Assembly: GCA_963667015.2 (NCBI GenBank)
Contig: CAXXJJ010000004.1
Span: 1,024,001 to 1,088,000 of the forward strand
Direction of reading: 5' to 3'
Length of the DNA stretch: 64,000 bases
Source: Desulfatiglandales bacterium
GTDB lineage: Bacteria; Desulfobacterota; DSM-4660; Desulfatiglandales; HGW-15
Of this stretch, positions 11,021 to 21,536 are shown piece after piece; positions within the stretch are counted from its first letter, which is position 1, and every line of letters starts with the position of its first letter. The position numbers and the translations under genes were made by a program. The notes under the pieces are model-generated. The model saw only the letters and a list, made by a program, of their open reading frames with translations, was not told the DNA's origin and made no database searches.

Positions 11021-11715
11021 TAAAAGAGCAATCAGAAGGTGATCCTGTAATAAAACTCGAAGATGCCTACAAGATTTACCCAATGGGATCCGAAGAGGTA
11101 AGGGCCCTTAATGGAGTAAATATCTCAATTAAAAAAGGCAGCTTCTGGGCGATCATGGGGCAGAGTGGTTCAGGTAAAAGCACAATGATGAACATTCTGG
11201 GATGCCTGGACCGTCTTACTAAAGGCCGTTATTTTCTTGAAGGTGAAGATGTAAGCCAGCTTGACGATGATGCCTTGAGTGAATTCAGACTGCGTCATCT
11301 CGGTTTTATATTTCAGAGCTTCAATCTTATTCCTCAGTTGTCCGTGCAGCGTAATATTGAGTTACCACTCTATTATCTGGGCTGGGAGGCAGAAGAAAGT
11401 GCTGAGCGGGCTATAGAAATGGCAAGTCGTGTAGGTCTTGGAAACCGTCTTGATCATCGCCCTACAGAACTTTCCGGAGGACAGATGCAGCGTGTTGCAA
11501 TCGCAAGGGCACTTGCAGGTGACCCGCAACTTCTCCTTGCAGATGAACCGACAGGAAACCTTGATTCTGCAACCGGAGATCAAATTATTGAAATGCTGAA
11601 AGACCTGAACGAACAGGGTAAAACTATTATTATGGTTACCCATGAACCGGATATAGCTGAAAACGCCAAAAATATACTTATAATGAAAGACGGCGTAATC
11701 GAAAGAATAGAATAA
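11017..11715 (+). CDS. ABC transporter ATP-binding protein (MacB/LolD type)
   Basis: Walker [35 protein letters not shown] and VTHE. Confidence 0.95.
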   Translation: MIKEQSEGDPVIKLEDAYKIYPMGSEEVRALNGVNISIKKGSFWAIMGQSGSGKSTMMNILGCLDRLTKGRYFLEGEDVSQLDDDALSEFRLRHLGFIFQSFNLIPQLSVQRNIELPLYYLGWEAEESAERAIEMASRVGLGNRLDHRPTELSGGQMQRVAIARALAGDPQLLLADEPTGNLDSATGDQIIEMLKDLNEQGKTIIMVTHEPDIAENAKNILIMKDGVIERIE

Positions 11716-11716
11716 A

Positions 11717-13009
11717 ATGAATACTAAACTATTTACATCTAAATCAAAATTTTATCGTGATGTACGCCTGGGAATTGAAAACCTGCTTTTACATAAACTG
11801 CGTTCCTTTCTAACGGCGCTTGGTGTTATTTTTGGTGTGGGCAGTGTTGTTGCAATGCTTTCTGTTGGAGAGGGCGCAAGTAAAAAGGCCCTTGATGAGA
11901 TAAAAAAAGTCGGAAGTAATAATATCATTATCAGCTCCATGAAGCCAAGAGAAGATGATAATAACGCCTCAATGGGCGGTCACCCCAGTGCAGTTGTATA
12001 CGGGTTAACCTATAAGGATTTTGATCGGATCAAAGGAACATTTACCACCTTACAGACTACTGTTCCGGTAAAAGAGGTCCGAAAAGAAGGAAGAATGGGA
12101 GAAAGGACGCTTGAACTCAGGGTAGTCGGTACAAATCCGGACTGGTTTGAACTTGTAAAAAGGCCGCTTGAGGTAGGAAGAGTACTTCTGGAGTCAGACA
12201 TGTCCCAGCGTTCTTCAGTAGCAGTGTTGACCGAATATGGCGCAAGGCGCCTGCTTGCTACCAGGAATTCAGTAGGAGAAAACCTATCAATTGGTGAAAA
12301 CAGTTTTAAGGTTGTTGGAATAGTAAAAAGCGAATCAAATACAGGTACAGATATTCAACTCCCGGACCAGGAAGTTGATGCATACATACCTTTAGAAGTG
12401 GCCAGACAATACTATGGCGATATAGTTATGAAACGTACATCCAGTTCCATGGAAATAACTTCGGTTGAACTCAGTAAAATTATTGCGCAGGTAGATGATA
12501 TAACAAATGTTGAATCTACTGCAAAGGGCATTGAAACAATGTTAACTAAATTTCATAGCAAGCAGGATTATGAAATGAGTGTGCCCCTTGCAATGCTGCG
12601 CCAGGCCCAGGCCACAAAAAGGACCATGAATATTGTTCTGGGCTCAATTGCCTGTATCTCTCTGCTTGTCGGTGGTATCGGTATTATGAATATCATGCTT
12701 GCATCAGTCACAGAAAGAACACGTGAAATAGGGATAAGGCGCGCGATAGGAGCCAAAAAGAAACAGATCATCGTGCAGTTTCTTATTGAAACAGTAGTGC
12801 TTTCTACAATAGGAGGGATTCTCGGACTCGGTCTGGGCATAATGATACCATTTTTTATACAACTATTTTCAGGAATGCCTACAGTAATAACGCCATTCAG
12901 TATTATGCTTCCTTTTTTTATAAGTATTGCTATTGGAATATTCTTCGGATTCTATCCTGCCAAAAGGGCAGCGGAAGTTGACCCTATCATTGCACTCAGG
13001 CATGAGTAA
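11717..13009 (+). CDS. ABC transporter permease (MacB/FtsX type)
   Basis: Motifs KLRSFLTALGVIFGVGSV, LLVGGIGIMNIMLASVTERTREIGIRRAIGA and DPIIALRHE. Confidence 0.95.
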   Translation: MNTKLFTSKSKFYRDVRLGIENLLLHKLRSFLTALGVIFGVGSVVAMLSVGEGASKKALDEIKKVGSNNIIISSMKPREDDNNASMGGHPSAVVYGLTYKDFDRIKGTFTTLQTTVPVKEVRKEGRMGERTLELRVVGTNPDWFELVKRPLEVGRVLLESDMSQRSSVAVLTEYGARRLLATRNSVGENLSIGENSFKVVGIVKSESNTGTDIQLPDQEVDAYIPLEVARQYYGDIVMKRTSSSMEITSVELSKIIAQVDDITNVESTAKGIETMLTKFHSKQDYEMSVPLAMLRQAQATKRTMNIVLGSIACISLLVGGIGIMNIMLASVTERTREIGIRRAIGAKKKQIIVQFLIETVVLSTIGGILGLGLGIMIPFFIQLFSGMPTVITPFSIMLPFFISIAIGIFFGFYPAKRAAEVDPIIALRHE

Positions 13010-13128
13010 TAAATAACTCCTGTAAATAAATATTGAATTCCGGATCATATTTATCATATGATTTGGAGTTCTTTTTATATTTTATTTATGCAGCTATAGC
13101 ATTAAATACACACCCAAGAGGAGATATT

Positions 13129-14418
13129 TTGCAATCAGATTCAACCTCATCAGGCTCCAATAATAATAGCAACTCTCAGACACACCCTAATAATAGTATA
13201 CTATACAGATATAACGCCCTCAAATCATTACAGTATGTTGACTGCCGCTGGCTGATGCTGGGTAATTTTGCCTCTTTTATGGCAATCGGAATGCAGCAGC
13301 TTACAAGGGCATGGCTTATACTGAGACTCACGAATGATTCGCCCCTTGCTCTGACATTTGTCACAATGGCCTTTGCTCTTCCCATGACCGTTGTCTCTCT
13401 GCTTGGAGGTGCACTGGCTGACAGAGTACCTAAACGTAAATTGATGATGATAAGCCAGGCAGTTACTTTTTTTATGATACTGATCCTGGCTACGCTTGAT
13501 TATACTGGCCTTATCAGGTTCTGGCACCTCATTGTAATAGGAGTAATCAACGGATCCACGGTTGCGGCAAGCATGCCGAGCAGGCAATCTATTATTTCAG
13601 ATATTGTCCCTGAAGAAGATGTAATGAGCGCAATTGCCCTCGGTAATTCTGTAAATAACGCCACAAGGATTTTCGGTCCGTCGCTTGCCGGAGTTTTAAT
13701 TGCTTTCATTGGCACGGCAGGGGTTTTTTACCTGATTGCAGTGGTTCAGTTAATCGCTTTATTTTTCACATATCTGCTTAAAACAGGAACAGAGGCAACA
13801 GGTAAAAGCAAAAAAGGTTTTGCAGGAGATATTGTGGAAGGATTCAGATATGCAAAGACCAATCCGGTTATGCTCGGCCTAGTTCTTCTTTCACTTGTGC
13901 CGGCAATCTTCGGGTTTCCATATATCACTCTGCTTCCTGCATGGGCAAGAGAGGCGCTTGATGCAAGGTCAATCGACATGGGTGGGCTGGAGGCAGCCAT
14001 GGGCATCGGTTCACTGCTTGGCACACTTCTTCTTGCATCAATCAGGCACATTCGGAACAGGGGGGTATTTCTTATAATTAACGGATTTGCCTGGGGTCTG
14101 GCGCTTCTATTGTTTTCAAGATGCGGATCCTACCATACAGCCTATCCGGGCATCTTTATCGTAGGTTTCATGAGCTCTATATTTATGGCCCTGAATAATA
14201 CCCTTATGCAGGTTAAATCATCTGATGAAATGAGGGGAAGGATGGTAAGCCTCTCAATGATGACCTTCGGAATCATGCCATTAAGCGCTGTACCATTCGG
14301 TATACTTGCAGAGCATATTGGCACGCCTCACTCATTAACAGTAGCCGGCGCTCTGCTATGTGTTTTTATTATATTCTTCTATATATTTTCATCAAACTTC
14401 AGGAAGGTAGCACAATAG
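13129..14418 (+). CDS. MFS transporter (DHA3/transmembrane secretion effector-like)
   Basis: Motifs GGALADRVPKRKL, ATRIFGPSLAG and EMRGRMVS. About 12 hydrophobic segments. Start chosen as TTG 13129 after AGGAGA (ORF track starts 13033). Confidence 0.88.
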   Translation: MQSDSTSSGSNNNSNSQTHPNNSILYRYNALKSLQYVDCRWLMLGNFASFMAIGMQQLTRAWLILRLTNDSPLALTFVTMAFALPMTVVSLLGGALADRVPKRKLMMISQAVTFFMILILATLDYTGLIRFWHLIVIGVINGSTVAASMPSRQSIISDIVPEEDVMSAIALGNSVNNATRIFGPSLAGVLIAFIGTAGVFYLIAVVQLIALFFTYLLKTGTEATGKSKKGFAGDIVEGFRYAKTNPVMLGLVLLSLVPAIFGFPYITLLPAWAREALDARSIDMGGLEAAMGIGSLLGTLLLASIRHIRNRGVFLIINGFAWGLALLLFSRCGSYHTAYPGIFIVGFMSSIFMALNNTLMQVKSSDEMRGRMVSLSMMTFGIMPLSAVPFGILAEHIGTPHSLTVAGALLCVFIIFFYIFSSNFRKVAQ

Positions 14419-14422
14419 GGCT

Positions 14423-15148
14423 CTACCCCAGATATCCGCTCCACTGTTCTGCCGTATCCCTGATATACCCTTCAGGTACTTCTGTCATAATCCTGTTATG
14501 CCCGGGAAGAAGCATATCTATTTCAAGCCCTGCAAGGCGGTAAAGTGAATTCCTTTGCTGAGAAGGATCAGCACCATGGAGATCGAACCGCCCGATAGAG
14601 TAATCTGCATAAATCACATCTCCCGGAATCAGGATTTTTTGACAGGATTCATACAGTGCAATGGCACCGGCAGAATGACCGGGAATATGCAGTATTTCCC
14701 ATGTCATATCCCCTATTTCAAGCACATCATTATCGTTCAGTTTTCTATCGACATTAAATTTAAACATCCCGTCTTTGAGACCGTACTGGCTCTGACACAT
14801 ATTCCTGAACATATCCATACCGTATACGGTCCTTTCATCGCCCTTTTCCAGGGGCTCGGCCTCTGCAGTATGGACCCATAACTCAAGACCTGGAATTTCC
14901 TCCTTTATCTCAGGAAGACAGCTTATATGATCCATATGTGTATGGGTCATGATAACCCTTTTTATCTCATTGATATCAATACCCAGCCCTTTAACAGCAT
15001 CGAGTTTATATTCACCCTTGCCCGCAAGCCCGGCATCTATCATTGAAAGATCACCGGAGCCTGGTTTGCCGACTATATAGACATTTGAATCAGGTATCAT
15101 GTCATCCCGACCTTCAATAAAATATACACCTTCAGCCACTTTAGTCAT
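14423..15148 (-). CDS. MBL-fold metallo-hydrolase
   Basis: Motifs THTHMDH, PGHSAG, GD and LPGH. Confidence 0.92.
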   Translation of the reverse strand: MTKVAEGVYFIEGRDDMIPDSNVYIVGKPGSGDLSMIDAGLAGKGEYKLDAVKGLGIDINEIKRVIMTHTHMDHISCLPEIKEEIPGLELWVHTAEAEPLEKGDERTVYGMDMFRNMCQSQYGLKDGMFKFNVDRKLNDNDVLEIGDMTWEILHIPGHSAGAIALYESCQKILIPGDVIYADYSIGRFDLHGADPSQQRNSLYRLAGLEIDMLLPGHNRIMTEVPEGYIRDTAEQWSGYLG

Positions 15149-15242
15149 GAGTTGCTCCTTTTTATATGTATTGTCTGTTCAGCTGTAAAAAACCGGTATT
15201 TCCGTGCATGGAATGAAGTGGTATGGGAAGATATTGCTTGCC

Positions 15243-16010
15243 TTATTCTTCCATCATCCTCTTATGCCATTCTACCACTTCGCTGTATGGTATATTGCCG
15301 CCGAATATATCAAGACTGCTGCCTATGGTTGCGTTTACCCTTCCCTTACCGAGTTGATGTATAAGATCCATATCTGACAATAACTTTACCCCCCCGGCAT
15401 ATGTAACGGGAATGGGGCAACAGTCACCAAGTATCTCCACCAGATCTTCCTCTATACCCTGTCTTTTTCCCTCTACATCAACACCATGCACCAGGAACTC
15501 ATCACAGTATTCTGACAGGGTCTTGAGGGTATTACTGTTAACAGTAACTTCGGTAAACCTCTGCCAGCGATCAGTCACAACATAAAATTCATCTTCTCTT
15601 TTCCTGCAGGAGAGATCAATAACAAGCCTATCTCTTCCGACAGTTTCTACTATCTTCTCCAGGTGATCGTTGCTGATTTTGCCTTCGGAAAACAGGTACG
15701 AGGTAACAATTACATGACTGGCACCCGCCTCAAGGTATTCTCTGGCATTGTCAGGATTTATCCCCCCCCCGACCTGAAGTCCTCCAGGGAAGGCATTGAG
15801 GGCAGAAATCGCAGCATTATTGTTTCCTGATCCAAGGGATATGACATGTCCGCCTTTAAGAGCATCCTCCTTATACATTCTGGCAAAGTCAGCAGAAGAG
15901 CGTTCTGTCTCAAAATTTATCTCCGTTGTACTCTCATCATCCTTGAGGCTTCCACCCACTATCTGGACGACTCTGCCATTACGAAGATCTATGCACGGCC
16001 TGAAACCCAT
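15243..16010 (-). CDS. hisA: ProFAR isomerase, eukaryotic-like (His6) type
   Basis: FRPCIDLRNGRVVQIVGGSL, LQVGGGI, DLSCR..VTDRWQ, EFLVHGVDVEG and TIGSSLDIFGG. Start at ATG 16010 after AAGGAG. Confidence 0.9.
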   Translation of the reverse strand: MGFRPCIDLRNGRVVQIVGGSLKDDESTTEINFETERSSADFARMYKEDALKGGHVISLGSGNNNAAISALNAFPGGLQVGGGINPDNAREYLEAGASHVIVTSYLFSEGKISNDHLEKIVETVGRDRLVIDLSCRKREDEFYVVTDRWQRFTEVTVNSNTLKTLSEYCDEFLVHGVDVEGKRQGIEEDLVEILGDCCPIPVTYAGGVKLLSDMDLIHQLGKGRVNATIGSSLDIFGGNIPYSEVVEWHKRMMEE

Positions 16011-16237
16011 ATTTACCTGAGGTCTCCTTTCGACTGTTACAGGTTTTACTAACTGATTTACTTCAATATTTAAAAAGTAGCATACAAAAAGATTACAGTC
16101 ACTTGAAAAAGCAATAATGCATTGACACACTCTATCCCATCCCATATACTCCATTCCCATATTTTTTCAAATAATACAGAAAATAAAATTATTGCACAAC
16201 CATGATTAACTCAAATAATTTAACAAGTTAGGAGGAA

Positions 16238-17617
16238 ATGATGCAGACGAACACAATCTTTCTGAGCCCGGATGAAATGCCACGGCAGTGGTACAATATT
16301 CTGGCAGATATTAAAATGAATCCCCCGCTGGGACCGGACGGAAAACCAATCAGCCCGGACATGCTGGCACCTGTTTTCCCAATGAATCTCATTGAACAGG
16401 AAGTCAGTACAGAAAGGTGGATAGATATACCTGAAGAAGTTTTAAAAATATATTCTATCTGGCGTCCGTCACCACTCATTCGCGCAAAGAATCTTGAAAA
16501 GGCCCTTGGGACCACAGCAAAAATCTATTACAAGAATGAGAGTGTCAGTCCTGCAGGAAGCCACAAACCCAACACTGCTGTCCCCCAGGCATACTACAAC
16601 AGGGAATTCGGCATTAAAAAACTTACAACCGAAACAGGTGCCGGTCAGTGGGGAAGCGCCCTCTCCTTTGCATGCAGCCAAATCGGTCTTGAATGCAAGG
16701 TATTCATGGTTCGTATAAGCTTTGACCAGAAACCCTACAGAAAGGCAATGATGCAGGCATGGGGCGGGAAATGCATAGCAAGCCCCAGCATTGAAACAAA
16801 CGCAGGCAGGGCGATACTTGAATCTGACCCGAACACGCCCGGAAGCCTTGGCATTGCCATAAGTGAAGCGATAGAAGCGGCTGTAAGCGATACAAGCGGA
16901 CAGACCCGCTATTCCCTGGGGAGTGTTTTAAACCATGTAATGATGCATCAGACAGTAATAGGCCTTGAAGCTAAAAAGCAGCTTGACAAGGTAGGAGAAT
17001 ATCCTGATATCATAATAGGTTGTGCTGGCGGCGGAAGCAATTTTGCAGGTATTGCATTTCCATTTGCCTGTGACAAGATCAACGGTAAGGAAGTCACAAT
17101 ATATCCAGTAGAGCCCCTAGCATGCCCAACGCTTACCAGAGGTCCTTTTGTATATGATCATGGAGATACGGCAAGATATACACCTCTTCTTCCAATGCAC
17201 AGCCTTGGTCATGCATTTGTTCCACCACCGGTTCATGCCGGTGGTCTTCGCTACCATGGCATGTCACCGATTGTGAGCCAGCTTGTTTCCGAAGGATTGA
17301 TGGAACCAAAGGCGGTTTCCCAGCTTGATGCATACAAGGCAGGAGTTCTTTTTGCAAGGACTGAGGGTATTATTCCTGCTCCGGAATCAAACCATGCCAT
17401 TGCACAGGTAGTAGCAGAAGCCAACAAGGCAAAAGAAACAGGGGAAGAAAAGGTTATCCTGTTTAACCTCAGCGGTCATGGTCTTCTTGATCTTGGCTCA
17501 TATGAAAAATATTTTGCAAATGAGCTGGAGAATTTTGAACTTACAGATGAAGAACTGGAAAAGTCAGAGTCTGTTTTCAAGGATTTCCCCAAACCTGAGC
17601 TTCTAAAGAGTATTTAA
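16238..17617 (+). CDS. trpB2: TrpB-like PLP enzyme (type 2 tryptophan synthase beta)
   Basis: [50 protein letters not shown] and NLSGHG. No trpA adjacent. Confidence 0.93.
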   Translation: MMQTNTIFLSPDEMPRQWYNILADIKMNPPLGPDGKPISPDMLAPVFPMNLIEQEVSTERWIDIPEEVLKIYSIWRPSPLIRAKNLEKALGTTAKIYYKNESVSPAGSHKPNTAVPQAYYNREFGIKKLTTETGAGQWGSALSFACSQIGLECKVFMVRISFDQKPYRKAMMQAWGGKCIASPSIETNAGRAILESDPNTPGSLGIAISEAIEAAVSDTSGQTRYSLGSVLNHVMMHQTVIGLEAKKQLDKVGEYPDIIIGCAGGGSNFAGIAFPFACDKINGKEVTIYPVEPLACPTLTRGPFVYDHGDTARYTPLLPMHSLGHAFVPPPVHAGGLRYHGMSPIVSQLVSEGLMEPKAVSQLDAYKAGVLFARTEGIIPAPESNHAIAQVVAEANKAKETGEEKVILFNLSGHGLLDLGSYEKYFANELENFELTDEELEKSESVFKDFPKPELLKSI

Positions 17618-17726
17618 CTTCAAATAAATTTGCAGACATGTCACTGTAATTTTGATTTTATGTTTCATCGATTACAGTGACATAACTGATATCAATTCTA
17701 TAACTATTTTTTTGGAGGAAAAAGTT

Positions 17727-18692
17727 ATGAAATTAAAAAACATTTATATAATGATTCTTGGCCTGGTTATGATATGTTCAATCCCCATGTCTGCAGTAGC
17801 CTATGATCTGCCGTCAGTGAATCTTGGTTTTACCAGTTTTCTTGATGGAGCTCCACCCTCAGGACCTGGACTTTATTTACAGGAGTATGTGCAATACTGG
17901 ACAGCAGATAAATTCACAGACATGAATGGCAATGCACTCTTGCCGCCTTTTGCCGGAGAGGAACTGGATGCATGGATCTGCCTCAACCAGATCACCTACC
18001 AGTCAAACGACGTGCTTATGATGGGCGCAAAATGGGGAATTGACGTTATTATTCCCTTTGCAAAGCTTGATATGAGCTACGATAATTTTGTGCCAGGTTT
18101 CCCTGAGACAAACTCGGGGCTGGGAGATATCTGGGTAGGTCCGTATATTCAATGGGATCCGATTATGGGCAGTAATGGACCAAGATTTATGAACAGGTTT
18201 TCACTGGGATTTATATTACCGGTAGGAAGCTATGACAGTAACAGAGCAATTAATGCCGGCAGCCATTTTTTCTCATTCAATCCCTACTGGGCTGCTACTT
18301 ATTTTGTAACACCAAAATTGACAGTATCCACAAGGATCCATTATCTGTGGAACAGTAGAAATAATGACCCAAATATTTCACTTGTTTCAGAGGGAGTAAC
18401 AGGAATACAACCAGGTCAGGCTATACATCTGAATTTTTCTTCAGCCTATGAAGTATTGCCCAATCAGTTCCGTGTAGGCATTAATGGTTATTATTTAAAA
18501 CAGATTTCAAGTAGCAAATATAATGGAATTCCCCAGGCAGGCGTAAGAGAAAAAGTATTTGCAATAGGCCCCGGCCTGCTTTATTCATTTAATAAAGACG
18601 CACACCTATTCCTCAATATGTTTTTTGAAACCGGCGCTGAAATGAGACCGGAAGGAGAACGCATTACTGCAAGGTTTGTGTATCATTTCTAA
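17727..18692 (+). CDS. SphA / phenol-degradation MetA-pathway family outer-membrane beta-barrel
   Basis: Signal peptide, then YDLPSVNLGFTSFLDG, GLGDIWVGP, PVGSYD, GINGYYLKQ and AIGPG, ending in C-terminal F. ATG 17727 after GGAGG. Confidence 0.8.
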   Translation: MKLKNIYIMILGLVMICSIPMSAVAYDLPSVNLGFTSFLDGAPPSGPGLYLQEYVQYWTADKFTDMNGNALLPPFAGEELDAWICLNQITYQSNDVLMMGAKWGIDVIIPFAKLDMSYDNFVPGFPETNSGLGDIWVGPYIQWDPIMGSNGPRFMNRFSLGFILPVGSYDSNRAINAGSHFFSFNPYWAATYFVTPKLTVSTRIHYLWNSRNNDPNISLVSEGVTGIQPGQAIHLNFSSAYEVLPNQFRVGINGYYLKQISSSKYNGIPQAGVREKVFAIGPGLLYSFNKDAHLFLNMFFETGAEMRPEGERITARFVYHF

Positions 18693-18705
18693 TATTCTTT
18701 ACCAG

Positions 18706-18744
18706 AAAAAAAGGGGCACGAGTATATTTAGTGCCCCTTTTTTT
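18706..18744. terminator. Bidirectional intrinsic terminator
   Basis: AAAAAAAGGGGCAC-loop-GTGCCCCTTTTTTT between convergent genes. Confidence 0.85.
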
Positions 18745-20113
18745 ATGCTTTTTCCTGCGCCTTGAGCCCTGCCCCCTGGGCCATTTTTTCTTTCAACCTT
18801 TCATACTCCTCTGGCGTATCAGCATCCATTCCGGCCAGAGGTGAATCAATATCCACATATTCCACCGGATGGCTTTTCAGAAGATCTCTTCCGCCCTGAT
18901 CTCCTTCTACTGTTTTCAATTCATCGAAAAGGCTCCGTTTAAAAAGTACAGGAGAGCCGTTTTTCCCGTTATATCGAGGAGCAATAACAGGTTTATCACT
19001 TTCATGAAAGTTCATTATCAGATTGTTTATAATCCCCGTATTTACCATCGGCTGGTCAGCCATGAAAAACATCGCTGCGTCAGATTCAGGATCTACTACC
19101 TCAAGCCCTGCCTTCATTGAACTGCTCTGACCTGTCTCCCATTCCATATTTACAACCTTTTTTATCTCAGGATACATACTTTCATCAATCAGGGGCAAAC
19201 CGGGTTGTGTAACAAGAATTATCTCATCTGCAATGGAATTATGAATATTTTCAATAACTATGTCTGCAAGGGTCTTATCCCCTATTTTAAGCTCCTGTTT
19301 TGGCCTGCCCATACGGCTTGATCCCCCGGCTGCAAGTATCACTGCAGAGACATATTTATCCCTGTAACATGGTTTAATAAATGTTTCATCTCTTCTATGG
19401 GAGGTAATAATGGTCTTTTTAACACCTCCATCCCAGAGACATCTAGAGATCTCCATGGCAATATTCTGCTCATCCCGAGAATCGGCCTTGTTTATAAGAG
19501 GGATAAAATCAGCACCTTCCGGAACTTCCTTCATCCCCCCCATGGGATGAAGCAGTGCCTTTGCTATTATCACAGGTGTAATTAATTCACCGGATCTCAT
19601 CCCTGTGATCTCTGAGACCTTGTGAGGCCTGTGCACCCATTCCTCTGTTAAGGGCTTATTAACCGCATCTGTACCCACAACAGGAATCACAATTGTGCTT
19701 GATGGAGGAACAACCGGTTCATGATCATCGGGGGCCTTAAAAGGAAGATTCCTTGAGCCATCCGCCTCAATAAGGATAACATCTGCAATCTTTATTAGAT
19801 CCTTTACCCATAATGGATCAATGCCCTCAAGCTTCACCTTTCCCATCCTGTCCGCAAGAACGATAAGGCTGTTCTCTTTTAAGGCTTCCTTAACTTCATT
19901 AATATCCCTGGTGAGTAAACAGGTATAGGATTCATCCGGCGGAAAGATATGTGTTGTTGTTGTAACTATAACCTTTAATCCGCTCTTAACAAGCTCATCC
20001 GCAACATGATACATGGTGGTAGTTTTTCCGCCGCCACCGACAAGCGACACGATATCACCGCGTTTAATTCCAAGTGCCCGGACAAGGGTTAAAGGGTTCT
20101 TATATGATTCCAT
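18743..20113 (-). CDS. Fusion of YqeC (selenium-dependent molybdenum hydroxylase accessory) and MocA-like Moco cytidylyltransferase
   Basis: N-half: VGGGGKTT, VTTTTH, IEADGSRNLPFKAP..HEP and NKAD. C-half: ILAAGGSSRMGRPKQ, GQSSS, ADQP, GDQGGR and DADTPEEY. Confidence 0.87.
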   Translation of the reverse strand: MESYKNPLTLVRALGIKRGDIVSLVGGGGKTTTMYHVADELVKSGLKVIVTTTTHIFPPDESYTCLLTRDINEVKEALKENSLIVLADRMGKVKLEGIDPLWVKDLIKIADVILIEADGSRNLPFKAPDDHEPVVPPSSTIVIPVVGTDAVNKPLTEEWVHRPHKVSEITGMRSGELITPVIIAKALLHPMGGMKEVPEGADFIPLINKADSRDEQNIAMEISRCLWDGGVKKTIITSHRRDETFIKPCYRDKYVSAVILAAGGSSRMGRPKQELKIGDKTLADIVIENIHNSIADEIILVTQPGLPLIDESMYPEIKKVVNMEWETGQSSSMKAGLEVVDPESDAAMFFMADQPMVNTGIINNLIMNFHESDKPVIAPRYNGKNGSPVLFKRSLFDELKTVEGDQGGRDLLKSHPVEYVDIDSPLAGMDADTPEEYERLKEKMAQGAGLKAQEKA

Positions 20114-20727
20114 TTTTAATCACCTTCACTTTAAACCATCCGCCGTCGCCAGGGTTATGTCGGGACAGGCGAAATACACAAAAAGTTTTTATTTATTATC
20201 AATATATTATTATCATTTACCTGTAAATGTTCTTTTTTATTACCGTCATTGGTCAGGGTCGTCAGTAATCAAATATCTTGATACTTTAATCGGTTAGGAG
20301 TAGAATTTTAAACATATTCGGAATAACTTAGGCACAACCGATTGCCCGGTAAACAAGTTGCTTTATAATCAGCCCTGATCCACACAATCCGGTAAGCCTT
20401 GATGCTGGGTCTCTAAAAATTATACTGCTGCGCCCCGCTGTTTGAAAAATCAGAAAGAGGATTTCGATAAAAAACCGTAGGATTTTCAGAAACAGATTCC
20501 TCTGGCCTGACTATGTATCTCATTTAGTTTTAACCCTGGAAAAACCATCGTCTATTATTCTGTTCTATTGATTTTCTTAATTCCTTTGACCTCAACGATA
20601 CCCCTGAAATAGTACTGTTTTGTCTCTTGAACGAACCTGTACAACATCTATTCAGACACAGGTCAACTCTCTATTTGAAACACATGCGATCTTTTTAACG
20701 GTTAACCTTAATCAAAGGAGGATAGAA

Positions 20728-21210
20728 ATGGCAGAAATAAATATTTTGAAAAATTTAAAATTTTTCAATGTGTTTTCCGGTGAGCAGCTGGAAAGGCTTG
20801 CATGGATTTCCAAAACAAAACTTTTCAGAAAGGAAGAATATATATACCGGAAAGGTGACAGTGCTACTGAACTGTTCGTTGTCATTGATGGACTGGTCAG
20901 TTTGAGGGCGATTGATCCAAAAACTGATGTTGGTATAGCCTATGAAGAAAGAAGACAGGGAGATTTTTTTGGACCTGCTTCATTCATGACATCAAGGACA
21001 TACAGTTTATCAGCTGTATGCATTACAAACGCAGAAGTTCTGGCTATTGATGCCGGACAATTATCGGGCCTATGTGAGGAGGATACCAGCCTGGGATATA
21101 AATTCATGAAGGAAATCGCTGAGATTTTTTTCGAGCGCTATATTACATCCAAGCGGCAAATCTGTCAGATGGTTAATACACCGACAATTATCACTGCGCT
21201 CCCGGGATAG
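20728..21210 (+). CDS. Stand-alone cyclic nucleotide-binding domain protein
   Basis: IYRKGDSATELFVVIDG, GDFFG and YSLSAVC. No HTH. ATG after AGGAGG. Confidence 0.8.
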   Translation: MAEINILKNLKFFNVFSGEQLERLAWISKTKLFRKEEYIYRKGDSATELFVVIDGLVSLRAIDPKTDVGIAYEERRQGDFFGPASFMTSRTYSLSAVCITNAEVLAIDAGQLSGLCEEDTSLGYKFMKEIAEIFFERYITSKRQICQMVNTPTIITALPG

Positions 21211-21447
21211 ATGATGAAACTGGAGCATCCTTTAAAGAAAAAGGGACGTACTGCAAACTATCGGTTGAGATAGGATATTTTGATTTACGTCCCTCCCCTT
21301 CTGCCTGAAAAACCAACCTTGTCTCCTGTTTTTACAGACTGGAAAAAAGTATTACATGCCACGCTTTGCCATTGATTCCAGCCGAAACATCTTTAATAAA
21401 TAACCCATTTATATCAGCATGATACAGAAAATCATCAACACAGGCAA

Positions 21448-21463
21448 TGGCATGTACCTTGCT
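21448..21463 (+). promoter_or_regulatory. Sigma-54 (-24/-12) promoter candidate
   Basis: TGGCAT-GTACC-TTGCT (GG-N10-GC), about 75 nt upstream of ATG 21537. Confidence 0.6.
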
Positions 21464-21536
21464 CCATTATAATTTACAGTCTCTGATTTTCAGTAATAAT
21501 CCATACATATGTTTTCAAATAAACAGGGAGGATAAC

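Noticed and set aside
20140..20170. GC-rich imperfect palindrome CCGCCGTCGCCAGGGTTATGTCGGGACAGG upstream of yqeC
   Set aside because: It resembles a decayed dispersed repeat but is single-copy and degenerate here, so it cannot be supported from this window.
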